Below, piece by piece: positions 1 to 14,700 of a stretch of DNA of 64,000 bases. Source of the DNA: Eledone cirrhosa (taxonomy: Eukaryota); contig OZ024760.1 in assembly GCA_964016885.1 (NCBI GenBank), positions 10,106,001 to 10,170,000 on the forward strand, given 5' to 3'. Each line of letters begins with the position of its first letter. The first letter of the stretch is position 1. Position numbers and translations under genes: made by a program. The notes under the pieces are model-generated. The model saw only the letters and a list, made by a program, of their open reading frames with translations, did no database searches and had not been told where the DNA came from.

Positions 1-294
1 CAATCATATACACACACACATACATAAGCATACATACACACACATAGAAACACACGCACGCCCAGATATATACACACATACACACACACAGAACCACTCG
101 TGATCATGATAAGCAGCCACGGGGAAATGCTTTTTAATATATATCTTAATTGAAATAAAGTACCAGTAATACACTGGTGTCGATTTAACCGACTTTCCAC
201 TCCCCAAAAATAGTTGGCTTTGTGCTTAAATCAGAAACCATTATACAGGTAAAATTCATGGTCATTTTCAGCTGAGTGTGTGTGTGTATATATA

Positions 295-487
295 AATAGG
301 AGTAAGTAAGACCCCGACGGCTGAGCTCAAGCCGTTTCGACGGCTAATTCTGTACAGAATTAGCCGTCGAAACGGCTTGAGCTCAGCCGTCGGGGTCTTA
401 CTTACTCCTATTACCCACTCTACTACCCTAAGTATTGAGTACTTTGGTGCGTTATGGTCCACCTGGTTCCTTACCACTTGTCCCTCG

Positions 488-489
<2 letters not shown>
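295..489. mobile_element. GC-rich palindromic element in (TA)n (family P, copy 1)
   Basis: Near-perfect palindrome 295-412 (..gagctcaagccgtttcgacggctaattc|gaattagccgtcgaaacggcttgagctc..) plus a ~75-nt tail. Confidence 0.75.
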
Positions 490-521
<32 letters not shown>

Positions 522-560
522 GATATTAATAAATGGAAACTATATTTATAAAACCATATT

Positions 561-625
561 TATTTCATTATACATATTTCAGGGATACCACATTAAATTA
601 TGGTATGCCTTCATCAGACAAAATA
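561..625 (-). ncRNA. Type I minimal hammerhead ribozyme (left arm of fold-back)
   Basis: tattttgt-CTGATGA-aggcatacca..tggtatccct-GAAA-tatgta-TA-atgaaata. Stem I is 8 bp with 2 GU pairs, and stem III is short and near-palindromic. Confidence 0.75.
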
Positions 626-685
626 CAATATATAACAGTTTTACAAATAAGCTTTGACGTACCCTTGTAAAACTGTTATATATTG

Positions 686-750
686 TATTTTGTCTGATGA
701 AGGCATACCATAATTTAATTTGGTATCCCTGAAATATGTATAATGAAATA
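686..750 (+). ncRNA. Type I minimal hammerhead ribozyme (right arm of fold-back)
   Basis: Same motif on the + strand: CTGATGA at 694, GAAA at 731, predicted cleavage after 742. Confidence 0.75.
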
Positions 751-878
751 AATATGGTTTTATAAATATAGTTTCCATTTATTAATATCGTATATCTACT
801 CCAAATATTTGTCGAGTGCTTTATATCAGTTATAAAAATATTTACTTGTTGTATCCCAACAATTTTAAATAGAACTTT

Positions 879-924
<46 letters not shown>

Positions 925-926
<2 letters not shown>

Positions 927-992
927 TTTTACCAAAGGTTTCAGGAACCTTGACAATATTAACATACGTCTAGGTCGCTCATCAGAAAGAGG
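925..992 (-). ncRNA. Hammerhead ribozyme with degenerate stem I
   Basis: cttt-CTGATGA-gcgacctagac..gtcaaggttcct-GAAA-cctttgg-TA-aaaa. Same stem III as the 51590-51660 copy. Confidence 0.55.
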
Positions 993-1298
993 GGTTATGG
1001 ATATATGAAAATAAGAAATGAGATTGAAAATATATTAAAATTGAAAGTGAGGCTGGAAAATTTAACAGAAAATATACATAAGAAATAAAATAAAATATAT
1101 TTTTTTTAAATATTATATAAAAATTATATAGAAAATTATAAAAATGTATAAATATAAAAATATATAAAAATTAGGAAGCACGTGTGTACATACGCATATA
1201 CAAATACACACATTCAAATATAAGTAAAAAAGTATATATATATAAATTAATAAAATAATGAATAAACAAAGAAACAGTTCCTTATATTAAAAAAAATT

Positions 1299-1445
1299 CA
1301 TCATTTTACGATCGTTTCTAGGATATATATGTGTTAGAGTTGGTATGCATATTCTATAGATCTATGTACAATATACAATATTTATACAAACTATCAGAGG
1401 GAATATACATACCTACACATATATATGCTGTCTTCAGGAACTGTT
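1299..1445 (-). ncRNA. Hammerhead-like motif with long stem II; 5' stem I strand replaced by an inverted segment
   Basis: CTGAAGA (1431-1437 rc), ~110-nt stem II, then GAAA-cgatcg-TA-aaatgatg. Related to 63844-63980. Confidence 0.5.
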
Positions 1446-1606
1446 TCTTTGTTTATTCATTATTTTATTAATTTATCTTGACTCTGTTTTCCGTTTATTT
1501 TTCACCGAAAGTAGTTTTTGAATGCATCTTCTCTTTTCATGATATCCGGATTACATTGAGTTCTTCATACGGTTGGACACTACCGTAAACTTTTGGTAGA
1601 TTTATC

Positions 1607-1647
<41 letters not shown>

Positions 1648-1703
1648 TTGTTTTTGAAATGCGCATAATAAAATACATGGAACTCTTTTAACCAACTTTT
1701 GAT

Positions 1704-1783
<80 letters not shown>

Positions 1784-1811
1784 ATCAAAAGTTGGTTAAA
1801 AGAGTTCCATG

Positions 1812-1882
1812 TATTTTATTATGCGCATTTCAAAAACAAATATCATCATGCGATGACATTTGCGTTTTCGTCAGATGAAATA
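1812..1882 (-). ncRNA. Type I hammerhead ribozyme
   Basis: tatttcat-CTGACGA-aaacgcaaatgtcatc..gatgatatttgttttt-GAAA-tgcgca-TA-ataaaata, with one mismatch in stem I. Confidence 0.7.
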
Positions 1883-2155
1883 TATATATATATATGTATG
1901 TATACAAAGACGCGTGCACATATATATATGAAACACACACATACGTATAAACACACCGGTATATACGTATAAAGATATATAGAGAAAAAAATGTAAAATA
2001 AAAATAAAAATTAATCGGTCAGACAAGACGATACAAGAAAGTCACACATATAAGAACGAGAAAAACATATACATATATTCACTGTCTTATTAAATAGCTC
2101 TGTTTTATACATAGAGCACTCTTTTTTTCCTTTGCTTTTTCTTCGGAAATACTTA

Positions 2156-2208
<53 letters not shown>

Positions 2209-2253
2209 CATTCCTTAAATTTTCTTACACCATAATATTAATATTAGCCTCTT

Positions 2254-2285
<32 letters not shown>

Positions 2286-2769
2286 TTATAAATTATCCTA
2301 ATAATTATTTAAATTTACCTAGCGTCTAAATATAACGATCTTTTTTCAGCCTTACGTTTCAACCTCATTTACATATTCATCCTAAGGATTTGAATATATG
2401 GGTGCATGTGTGTGTATATGTGCGGGGACATAGAAATAGTCGGGTTGGACACCAGATCGCGCGCTTAAACCACTAGGAATGAAGGACCCCTAGCCTTTGT
2501 CCGGGCATTCTTCTAGGAGAAGGCAACTCAGGAAACTGGGATAACTCCGATATAAAATCTGCGGCTCAGTAGTTACTGATGATGTTGATCTTTTCTTCTT
2601 TTCGGGTTATAGCTACTGTTGCTCAGAGAGTGGGATTGGCTCAGTGCACAGTCTTTCCTCACTTTAAAAAATATCTTCATGCACAGGAATTGCACGATGG
2701 AATTAATTAATTATTATTAATAATGGTATATCGTGCAATGGTCATACTCGATAACGAGGGGGCAGCCAT

Positions 2770-3535
<766 letters not shown>

Positions 3536-3541
<6 letters not shown>

Positions 3542-3726
3542 AACCAGTAAGACCCCGACAGCTGAGCTCAAGCCGTTTCGACGGCTAATTCAGAATTAGC
3601 CGTCGAAACGGCTTGAGCTCAGCTGTCGGGGTCTTACTGGTTCCTATTACCCACTCTACTACCTCAAGTATTGAGTACTTTGGTGCGTTATGGACCACCT
3701 GGTTCCTTACCACATTTCCTTCGTTA
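3536..3726. mobile_element. Family P palindromic element
   Basis: Same palindrome and tail, with (TA)n on both sides. Confidence 0.75.
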
Positions 3727-3898
3727 TATATATATATATAAATATATATATGTATGTATATGTATATATCATCTTTTAGCTGATAACATATTTCATCTGT
3801 TGAAAGGTGACAACGTATTGAAGTATTCTGTGTTGATTGGTTGAAGAGTTTCCTACAACTAGAAGTAGCTATTGTTTCATAAATACTCCCTCTTGTAA

Positions 3899-4087
3899 TA
3901 ATTATTTCTACTTTTGGCACAAGGCCAGCAATTATTCCAGGGTATTACTGGTACTTTATTTTATCGACCCCGTAAGGATGAAAGGCAAAGTTAACCTCAG
4001 TGGGATTTGAACTCAGGTTATAAAGGGCCGTAACTCTATGCGGCAAAGCATGGCGTCCGACCCTCTACCGATGCTGCCATACCACCG
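3899..4087 (-). mobile_element. tRNA-derived SINE, same family
   Basis: Reverse complement of the 15868 consensus. Confidence 0.85.
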
Positions 4088-5014
4088 AAGAGTTTCCTAT
4101 AATGCCATACAACTATTGTGTTGTGTCAGTGTTTGTCTACACGGCAGTGTGTACGGTTATGTCTGTGTGTGTGTATGCACGGGTGTGTGTGTGTGCACGG
4201 GTGTGTGTACGAGTGTGTCTGTGTGTGTCTGTGTGTGTCTGTGTGTGTGTGTGTGTGTGCACGGGTGTGTGTACGGGTGTGTCTGTGTCTGTGTGTGTAC
4301 ACGGGTGTGTGTACGGGTGTGTGTGTGTGTGTGTGCACGGGTGTGTGTACGGCTATGTCTGTGTCTGTGTGTGTGCACGGGTGTGTCTGTGTGTGTGTAT
4401 GTGCAAGGGCCAGCAAGTGCAACCTTTCGATTGCAAGCCCAACGCTCTAACCACTAAGCAATGCGCCTTCACATATATATATAAATATGAATATATATGT
4501 GTATTTATATGTATATATATGTATACACACCCACACCAACCCACACATGTATGTATGCATATATATGCATACAGACATATATACATACATACATACACGC
4601 ACACATAATACATGCACACACACATACATACATACATACATACATACCTACACACATACACACACATTTATACATACATACATATATGCAAACATACATA
4701 CATACATACATACATACATACATACATACATACATACGTATATTTTTTCTCTTTCATCTTCAAATAATATTTGTCTCCTTAATTACTACTGACGCCAGAG
4801 TAACCTCCCCTTCACAGCACCACCCCAATCTTTCCGCAAACTTTGCCCCACACTTTCTTCCAAACCTTCCCCCAAGTATAGAAATATACGCTAATTCAAT
4901 AATTGCTTATTTTCAAAAACACACAAAGGACATTTTTTTTTCTTTTCTTTTCAAAAAAATATTCATCCATTAACCTTTTTTATAGCAAACCGCTTGAAAT
5001 CCCACCCCTTCTCT

Positions 5015-7834
5015 CATACAGTCCTCTTAAAATATTTATATTTATCAAACAGTCCTGTTAAAATATTTATATTTATCAAACCCCCTTCTCTCATACAGTT
5101 CTGTTAAAATATTTATATTTATCAAACCTATCATACAGTCCTGTTAAAATATTTATATTTATCAAACCTATCATACAGTCCTGTTAAAATATTTATATTT
5201 ATCAAACCTATCATACAGTCCTGTTAAAATATTTATATTTATCAAACTTATCATACAGTCCTGTTAAAATATTTATATTTATCAAACTTATCATACAGTC
5301 CTGTTAAAATATTTATATTTATCGAACCTATCATACAGTCCTGTTAAAATATTTATATTTATCAAACCTATCGTATACTACTGTTAAAATATTTATATTT
5401 ATCAAACCTATCATACAGTCCTGTTAAAATATTTATATTTATCAAACCTATCATACAGTCCTGTTAAAATATTTATATTTATCAAACCTATCGTATACTA
5501 CTGTTAAAATATTTATATTTATCAAACCTATCATATAGTCCTGTTAAAATATTTATATTTATCAAACCTATCGTATACTACTGTTAAAATATTTATATTT
5601 ATCAAACCTATCATACAGTACTGTTAAAATATTTATATTTATCAAACCTATCATACAGTCCTGTTAAAATATTTATATTTATCAAACCTATCGTACATTA
5701 CTGTTAAAATATTTATATTTATCAAACCTATCGTATACTATTGTTAAAACATTTATATTTATCAAACCTATCATACAGTCCTGTTAAAATATTTATATTT
5801 ATCAAACCTATCGTACATTACTGTTAAAATATTTATATTTATCAAACCTATCGTATACTACTGTTAAAATATTTATATTTATCAAACCTATCATACACCT
5901 GTTAAAATATTTATATTTATCAAACCTATCGTACAGTCCTGTTAAAATATTTATATTTATCAAACCTATCATACACCTGTTAAAATATTTATATTTATCA
6001 AACCTATCGTACAGTCCTGTTAAAACATTTATATTTATCAAACCTATCATACAGTCCTGTTAAAATATTTATATTTATCAAACCTATCGTACATTACTGT
6101 TAAAATATTTATATTTATCAAACCTATCGTATACTACTGTTAAAATATTTATATTTATCAAACCTATCATACACCTGTTAAAATATTTATATTTATCAAA
6201 CCTATCGTACAGTCCTGTTAAAATATTTATATTTATCAAACCTATCATACACCTGTTAAAATATTTCTATTTATCAAACCTATCGTACAGTCCTGTTAAA
6301 ATATTTATATTTATCAAACTTATCATACAGTCCTGTTAAAATATTTATATTTATCAAACCTATCGTACACTACTGTTAAAATATTTATATTTATCAAACC
6401 TATCATACAGTCCTGTTAAAATATTTATATTTATCAAACCTATCGTACAGTCCTGTTAAAATATTTATATTTATCAAACCTATCATACATTACTGTTAAA
6501 ATATTTATATTTATCAAACTTATCATACAGTCCTGTTAAAATATTTATATTTATATTTATCAAACTTATTAAAATATTTATATTTATCAAACCTATCATA
6601 CATTACTGTTAAAATATTTATATTTATCAAACCTATCATACAGTCCTGTTAAAATATTTATATTTATCAAACCTATCGTATACTACTGTTAAAATATTTA
6701 TATTTATCAAACCTATCATATAGTCCTGTTAAAATATTTATATTTATCAAACCTATCGTATACTACTGTTAAAATATTTATATTTATCAAACCTATCATA
6801 CAGTCCTGTTAAAATATTTATATTTATCAAACCTATCGTATACTACTGTTAAAATATTTATATTTATCAAACCTATCATACAGTCCTGTTAAAATATTTA
6901 TATTTATCAAACCTATTTGTATACTACTGTTAAAATATTTATATTTATCAAACCTATCGTATACTACTGTTAAAATATTTATATTTATCAAACTTATCAT
7001 ACAGTCCTGTTAAAATATTTATATTTATCAAACCTATCATACAGTCCTGTTAAAATATTTATATTTATCAAACCTATCGTACAGTTCTGTTAAAATATTT
7101 ATATTTATCAAACCTATCGTACAGTTCTGTTAAAATATTTATATTTATCAAACCTATCGTATACTACTGTTAAAATATTTATATTTATCAAACCTATCAT
7201 ACAGTCCTGTTAAAATATTTATATTTATCAAACTTATCATACAGTCCTGTTAAAATATTTATATTTATCAAACCTATCATACAGTCCTGTTAAAATATTT
7301 ATATTTATCAAACTTATCATACAGTCCTGTTAAAATATTTATATTTATCAAACCTATCGTACAGTCCTGTTAAAATATTTATATTTATCAAACTTATCAT
7401 ACAGTCCTGTTAAAATATTTATATTTATCAAACCTATCGTATACTACTGTTAAAATATTTATATTTATCAAACCTATCGTATACTACTGTTAAAATATTT
7501 ATATTTATCAAACTTATCATACAGTCCTGTTAAAATATTTATATTTATCAAACCTATCATACAGTCCTGTTAAAATATTTATATTTATCAAACCTATCAT
7601 ACAGTCCTGTTAAAATATTTATATTTATCAAACCTATCATACAGTCCTGTTAAAATATTTATATTTACCAAACCTATCGTACAGTACTGTTAAAATATTT
7701 ATATTTATCAAACCTATCGTACAGTGCTGTTAAAATATTTATATTTATCAAACCTATCATACAGTCCTGTTAAAATATTTATATTTATCAAACCTATCAT
7801 ACAGTACTGTTAAAATATTTATATTTATCAAACC
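5015..7834. repeat. 40-bp AT-rich tandem repeat, ~70 copies
   Basis: Unit ctgttaaaatatttatatttatcaaacctatcatacagtc with variants. Confidence 0.97.
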
Positions 7835-7998
7835 TGCTCAAGCGAAGCCAAAATCTTGATTAACAAGTCTGATTAGCAAACCGGGTGGGGGTCGGGTTTA
7901 TAGCATTAATATAGATCCTGAGCCACTCATCTGTGAAACAGCCGTAACTATGTATAATCAATAAAGACCTTAATGTGAAACCTTGCTTTGCGTTCAAT

Positions 7999-8078
<80 letters not shown>

Positions 8079-8647
8079 CATATTAGTAATCGGTTTCCGT
8101 TATTTTGATCGATGAATTTCAGAAAGGTGAGTCGAGGACCGTGTCAGCATACAGTTGCTTCACAAATTAATGAAGCATGGAAACATTATGTAATAAACAC
8201 CATTCCCCCTTTTATGGTGAACGGTGTATTTGTGAAACTTATTGTCTACCATACCATTAATTATGTAGTTCGTCAAAGTTCTTTCATCACATGTGCGATA
8301 ACCTCCTCAAAAACTATTTCTTCTTCTCCTCTGCCTCCTTTTCTTTCTGGTCTTATTTCGTTTACTCCATCCTGTCTGCAAAATAAATACATAAACGTAT
8401 ATCCTATCCTAGCCTTGAACTAATAACTAATAGTGGTTTCTCATTTAGGAACAAGGCCAACAATTTGGTGTGACAGGAAAATCAACCCAGTTCATTACTG
8501 GTACTGTATGTCATTGAAGTTTTAGAATAATTACCAAAGTATCAAGTATTAATTGGTATAATTAGAAATATATAGTTAGGGGTATAGAATAAAAGGTCAA
8601 TGAAAATTTAACAATATAAAAATATATATGAAAAACAACCTAGCAGC

Positions 8648-8869
8648 TCCCTCAAACACTGATGATGATTATCGCTAAATATTGATGTTGATTTGGTTAT
8701 CAATTAATATTGATAACCAAATGAACATCAATATTATTGGGTTACCCACAGAAGATTTATAAGAGCCCACTTGAATAAGTATCTGTTGATCTTATACAAG
8801 CTTTTACATAACTTGGTATATTTTCACCCAACTTGTAGAAATCTTATAATGAAACGAGTCGTCTGGGAA
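8648..8869 (+). ncRNA. Possible degenerate hammerhead with ~185-nt structured stem II insert
   Basis: CTGATGA at 8659 and GAAA-cgagtcg-TC at 8851-8863. Internal long hairpin at 8678-8735. Stem I is weak (ca/tg). Confidence 0.4.
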
Positions 8870-9068
8870 ATGATATATTTGATATATCTCATATGAAATA
8901 ATACAACCAATTATCCACACAATACAATATAGTGAGCACCCCAAACGTTTAATTGGGAATATACTCAGGTATTTCCTAATGTTTGTTGAGTGAGTTGGAA
9001 TTTGGCCGGAGTATCGCTATTAGCTTTCTCCGATTATGTATTTATATATATATACATATATATATATG

Positions 9069-9104
<36 letters not shown>

Positions 9105-9332
9105 TACATATGTATACATATATATATATATGTATACATATATATATATGTATACATATATATACATATATATATACATATATATATATACATATATATA
9201 TATACATATATATATACATATATATATATACATATATATATACATATATATATACATATATATATATACATATATATATATACATATATATATATACATA
9301 TATATGTATACATATATATATATACATATATA

Positions 9333-9442
<110 letters not shown>

Positions 9443-9447
9443 CATAC

Positions 9448-9517
<70 letters not shown>

Positions 9518-9547
9518 ATATATATATACATATATATATACATATAT

Positions 9548-9621
<74 letters not shown>

Positions 9622-9890
9622 CATAATTTTCCAGAAACGAACTCCAATGTAAATAACTCCCCATTCAGAAGTAACCTGCTGTGATGCAGTAAAGGGAAAA
9701 GTCTACAGATAACTACACTGGGAATTGTCAGGATACTAATTATATTTCATATGTAATCTTGTATTACGCCTACACAGCTGTGTGTGGGAGGGGTGTCTGT
9801 CTGTCTGTGTGTGTGTGGGGGGGTATGTGTGTGTGTGTCTGTCTGTGTGTGTGTGTAAGTGTGTGTGTGTGTGTAAGTGTGTGTGTGTGT

Positions 9891-9926
<36 letters not shown>

Positions 9927-10298
9927 GTATGTGCAAGTGCATATGAGTTTACGGAGTAAAAGTGAAAGGAAATGTATATAAGCACATACATACACACATA
10001 CACACATACATGCACACATACAAACATACATACATATACAGATACATACACACATACATACATACATACATATATATATATGTGTGTGTGTGTGTGTGTT
10101 AGTATGTGCAAGTGCATATGAGTTTACGGAGTAAAAGTGAAAGGAAATGTATATAAGCACATACATACATACACACATACACACATACATACATATACAC
10201 ATACATACACACATACACACATACACACATACATGCACACACACACATACATACATATACACATACATACACACATACACACATACATACATACATAC

Positions 10299-10341
<43 letters not shown>

Positions 10342-10414
10342 GTGATAGCGTATATAGTATTTTATTAGTGTAAATATATATAAACATATATATATATATG
10401 TATATATTTATATG

Positions 10415-10448
<34 letters not shown>

Positions 10449-10450
<2 letters not shown>

Positions 10451-10827
10451 ACGAAGGAAATGTGGTAAGGAACCAGGTGGACCATAACGCACCAAAGTAC
10501 TCAATACTTGAGGTAGTAGAGTGGGTAATAGGAACCAGTAAGACCCCGACAGCTGAGCTCAAGCCGTTTCGACGGCTAATTCTGGACGAATTAGCCGTCG
10601 AAACGGCTTGAGCTCAGCTGTCGGGGTCTTACTGGTTCCTATATATATATATATATAACGAAGGAAATGTGGTAAGGAACCAGGTGGACCATAACGCACC
10701 AAAGTACTCAATACTTGAGGTAGTAGAGTGGGTAATAGGAACCAGTAAGACCCAGACAGCTGAGCTCAAGCCGTTTAGAATTAGCCGTCGAAACGGCTTG
10801 AGCTCAGCTGTCTGGGTCTTACTGGTT

Positions 10828-10832
<5 letters not shown>
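10449..10832. mobile_element. Two head-to-tail family P elements separated by (TA)n
   Basis: Copies at 10449-10642 and 10656-10832. The second has a central deletion. Confidence 0.75.
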
Positions 10833-10878
<46 letters not shown>

Positions 10879-12509
10879 CATCACCACCTACACACACACA
10901 TGCTGCCATTTATATATGCAAATATAAATACCATACACACATTATATTTGAAGGAAGTATTATCCAATATAGACTTAATTCCCTCTGACTGATATAGTCA
11001 ATAATGTAGTCCTAGATACACTATGCCAGAAGATATACACAATACATTGGCTAATGTGATTCTAGATATTATATGTACTCGTGTATAAGTCGCAGAGGTA
11101 AATAAGAGACACATTTCAAACGCGACATTCTTGGCTCGGTGCTTAACTCTCATGTAAGACGCAGGCAATGTTTATCAACGCTGCTTATAATATGCTTGGG
11201 TGAAATTTCCATTAAAATAACGTAAACTAAAGCCCAAAGCCACCACCACCACCACCTCCAGCACCACCACCATTACCGCCACCAGCACCACCACCACCAC
11301 CTCCGGCACCACCACCACCACCACCACTTCCAGCACCACCACCATCACCACCACCATTACCGGCACCAGCACCACCACCTCCAGCACCACCTCCAGCACC
11401 ACCATCACCATCACCGCCACCACCACCACCACCACCACCACCACCCTAACTCACTCCACCCTGTAATATATCTAACCAAATCCATAGCTGGCTTTTAAGT
11501 AATTAAACCCCTGTTAATAAGCTCATAATTCTATATATTTAATAATTACTTTTTATTTATTTAATCACACGCAACAACGCATTTTATTAAAGTTTATTAA
11601 ATTTCCTCGTATGCAAACCACCAAATAACGCTCCGTCGCTGCCCTCAACATCACAACGCCTCCCACCCAATTCGAATGCAGTCTCTTCTGTAAAACACAT
11701 GTTTGGAAGCTTATCAAGGCAAGCAAATTATTTATGATTAATATGCCGACATTAGGCGGCGTATTTGCCGAGTCATTATGGCGTCGAAAGGAAAACGTGT
11801 CGATATCTATCTATATATTACTAAAAGTATGTGATTGCTTGCTTACTTGTCTGTAATGTAATACAGTCAAAAGGGCGCATAATGGGAAAATACTTTGAAA
11901 GGAAGTTGACCCTGAAATGGAAATACAAATGGAATATAAAACAAGTTTCGCGTAAATCGGACCACGGGTTCCCGAGATATGGGGTTTTTCCGGGTACCTT
12001 CATAAACAGAGAGAAAGAGAGAGAGGGGGGGAGGGAGACAGAAGGAGAATGGAAGAGAGAAAGCTGGTGGTGTTGTATATATATATATATATATATATAT
12101 GTTTGTGTGTGTGAGTGAGTGTGTGTAAGTGTGTGTGAGTGTGTGTGTGTGTATATGTCACAGACACCCACATATATATATATACACACACACACACATA
12201 CATATATATATATATGTATATAAACACTCATTTATATATATACATACATACACGTATATATATATATATGGGCCTTCCAGTTTCATTTTTCATTATATAC
12301 ATGTCTGTGTATAATTTGATTATTTAAAAAATATTGATAAGTGAACATGATTTTTTTTGTATATTTTTAAGTGAACGTGACCCAACGGACCACACACACA
12401 CACACACACATACACACACACGCACACACACACACACAGACCCATACAGACATACACACATACACATACACACATACACACATACACATACACACATACA
12501 GACATACAT

Positions 12510-14636
12510 ATACCCAAGTATTGCAGAACTTATCAATACATTGTAGATAAACATGTTTTTTAGAGGAATTAAGGTTTAACTAAAGTTATTGACAAACTGT
12601 TTGGGAGACTTTATCCAGTGTCAGACCTCAGGAAAAGTGTAGAGTCTGATTAGAAGGGCATGGCTGGAGAGACGAAGATGTTAGTGATGTTCTTTTGTGG
12701 GACCTACACAAGGAAGAGCGAGCAGGGAACAAGCTAAGATTTGTGATGACATCAACTGTAATCTCTGTTGGGACCTACACAAGGGAGAGATAGTAGGGAA
12801 CAAGCTAAGACCTATATCAATCAGATTTGTGATGACATCAACTGTAATCTATGTTGGGACCCACACAAGGGAGAGATAGTAGGGAACAAGCTAAGACCTA
12901 TATCAATCAGATTTGTGATGACATCAACTGTAATCTCTGTTGGGACCTACACAAGGGAGAGATAGTAGGGAACAAGCTAAGACCTATATCAATCAGATTT
13001 GTGATGACATCAACTCTAATCTCTGTTGGGACCTACACAAGGAATAGATAGTAGGGAACAAGCTAAGACCTATATCAATCAGATTTGTGATGACATCAAC
13101 TGTAATCTATGTTGGGACCCACACAAGGGAGAGATAGTAGGGAACAAGCTAAGACCTATATCAATCAGATTTGTGATGACATCAACTCTAATCTCTGTTG
13201 GGACCTACACAAGGAATAGATAGTAGGGAACAAGCTAAGACCTATATCAATCAGATTTGTGATGATATCAACTCTAATCTCTGTTGGGACCTACACAAGG
13301 GAGAGATAGTAGGGAACAAGCTAAGACCTATATCAATCAGATTTGTGATGACATCAACTCTAATCTATGTTGGGACCTACACAAGGGAGAGATAGTAGGG
13401 AACAAGCTAAGACCTATATCAATCAGATTTGTGATGACATCAACTGAAATCTCTGTTGGGACCTACACAAAGGAGAGATAGTAGGGAACAAGCTAAGACC
13501 TATATCAATCAGATTTGTGACATCAACTCTAATCTCTGTTGGGACCTACACAAGGAAGAGATAGTAGGGAACAAGCTAAGACCTATATCAATCAGATTTG
13601 TGATGACATCAACTCTAATCTCTGTTGGGACCTACACAAGGGAGAGATAGTAGGGAACAAGCTAAGACCTATATCAATCAGATTTGTGATGACATCAACT
13701 GTAATCTATGTTGGGACCTACACAAGGGAGAGATAGTAGGGAACAAGCTAAGACCTATATCAATCAGATTTGTGATGACATCAACTGTAATCTATGTTGG
13801 GACCTACACAAGGGAGAGATAGTAGGGAACAAGCTAAGACCTATATCAATCAGATTTGTGATGACATCAACTCTAATCTCTGTTGGGACCTACACAAGGG
13901 AGAGATAGTAGGGAACAAGCTAAGACCTATATCAATCAGATTTGTGATGACATCAACTCTAATCTATGTTGGGACCTACACAAGGGAGAGATAGTAGGGA
14001 ACAAGCTAAGACCTATATCAATCAGATTTGTGATGACATCAACTGTAATCTATGTTGGGACCTACACAAGGGAGAGATAGTAGGGAACAAGCTAAGACCT
14101 ATATCAATCAGATTTGTGATGACATCAACTGTAATCTATGTTGGGACCTACACAAGGGAGAGATAGTAGGGAACAAGCTAAGACCTATATCAATCAGATT
14201 TATGATGACATCAACTCTAATCTCTGTTGGGACCTACACAAGGGAGAGATAGTAGGGAACAAGCTAAGACCTATATCAATCAGATTTGTGATGACATCAA
14301 CTGTAATCTATGTTGGGACCTACACAAGGAAGAGATAGTAGGGAACAAGCTAAGACCTATATCAGTCAGATTTGTGATGACATCAACTCTAATCTATGTT
14401 GGGACCTACACAAGGAAGAGAGAGTAGGGAACAAGCTAAGACCTATATCAATCAGATTTGTGATGACATCAACTCTAATCTATGTTGGGACCTACACAAG
14501 GAAGAGAGAGTAGGGAACAAGCTAAGACCTATATCAATCAGATTTGTAATGACATCAACTGAAATCTCTCTGACCTGCCGAATCTGATGAACAATAGCGA
14601 CATAGAATAAAAGAAATCCATGTAAGCAGTACGACT
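12510..14636 (+). mobile_element. RTE-clade LINE 3' relic expanded internally by an 86-bp array
   Basis: Degenerate translation GHGWRDEDVSDVLLW-GPTQGRASREQAK-TYINQICDD..DLPNLMN resembles RTE ORF C-termini (GHxxR..LLW.P..GR..TYIDQL..D). Confidence 0.65.
12699..14568. repeat. 86-bp tandem repeat, ~21-22 copies
   Basis: Unit gggacctacacaagggagagatagtagggaacaagctaagacctatatcaatcagatttgtgatgacatcaactgtaatctatgtt. Confidence 0.97.
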
Positions 14637-14700
14637 TATTGATTGGTTGTCAATTGATTTAGGAGAAATATTCAATCATTTTTATTATTATATTAGGAAG

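Larger units (their letters stand above)
517..881. mobile_element. Fold-back element (~130-bp arms plus asymmetric tail) between (TA)n tracts; probable non-autonomous Penelope derivative
   Basis: Arms ~517-646 and 665-794 with an 18-nt spacer. Homolog at 53695-53992. Confidence 0.7.

Noticed and set aside
2430-2700. Possible RTE-like 5' UTR fragment
   Set aside because: Only a vague resemblance (ctaggagaaggcaactc), with no ORF or second copy to confirm it.
5015-7834. CRISPR-like appearance of the 40-bp and other arrays
   Set aside because: There are no unique spacers and no cas genes, and the context is eukaryotic. These are plain tandem repeats.
11620-11805. Unique-looking segment as a candidate upstream exon of the TGF-beta-like gene
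   Set aside because: No signal peptide or prodomain motif and no convincing splice sites. It could be regulatory, but the sequence alone does not support that.
11804-12080. Possible Helitron/HINE-like fragment
   Set aside because: Suggestive TCTATATA start and aagtttc..aaatcgg motif, but no diagnostic terminus.
14584-14590. CTGATGA hammerhead-core match
   Set aside because: No stem II-GAAA-stem III follows. It lies in RTE-derived coding sequence (NLMN).
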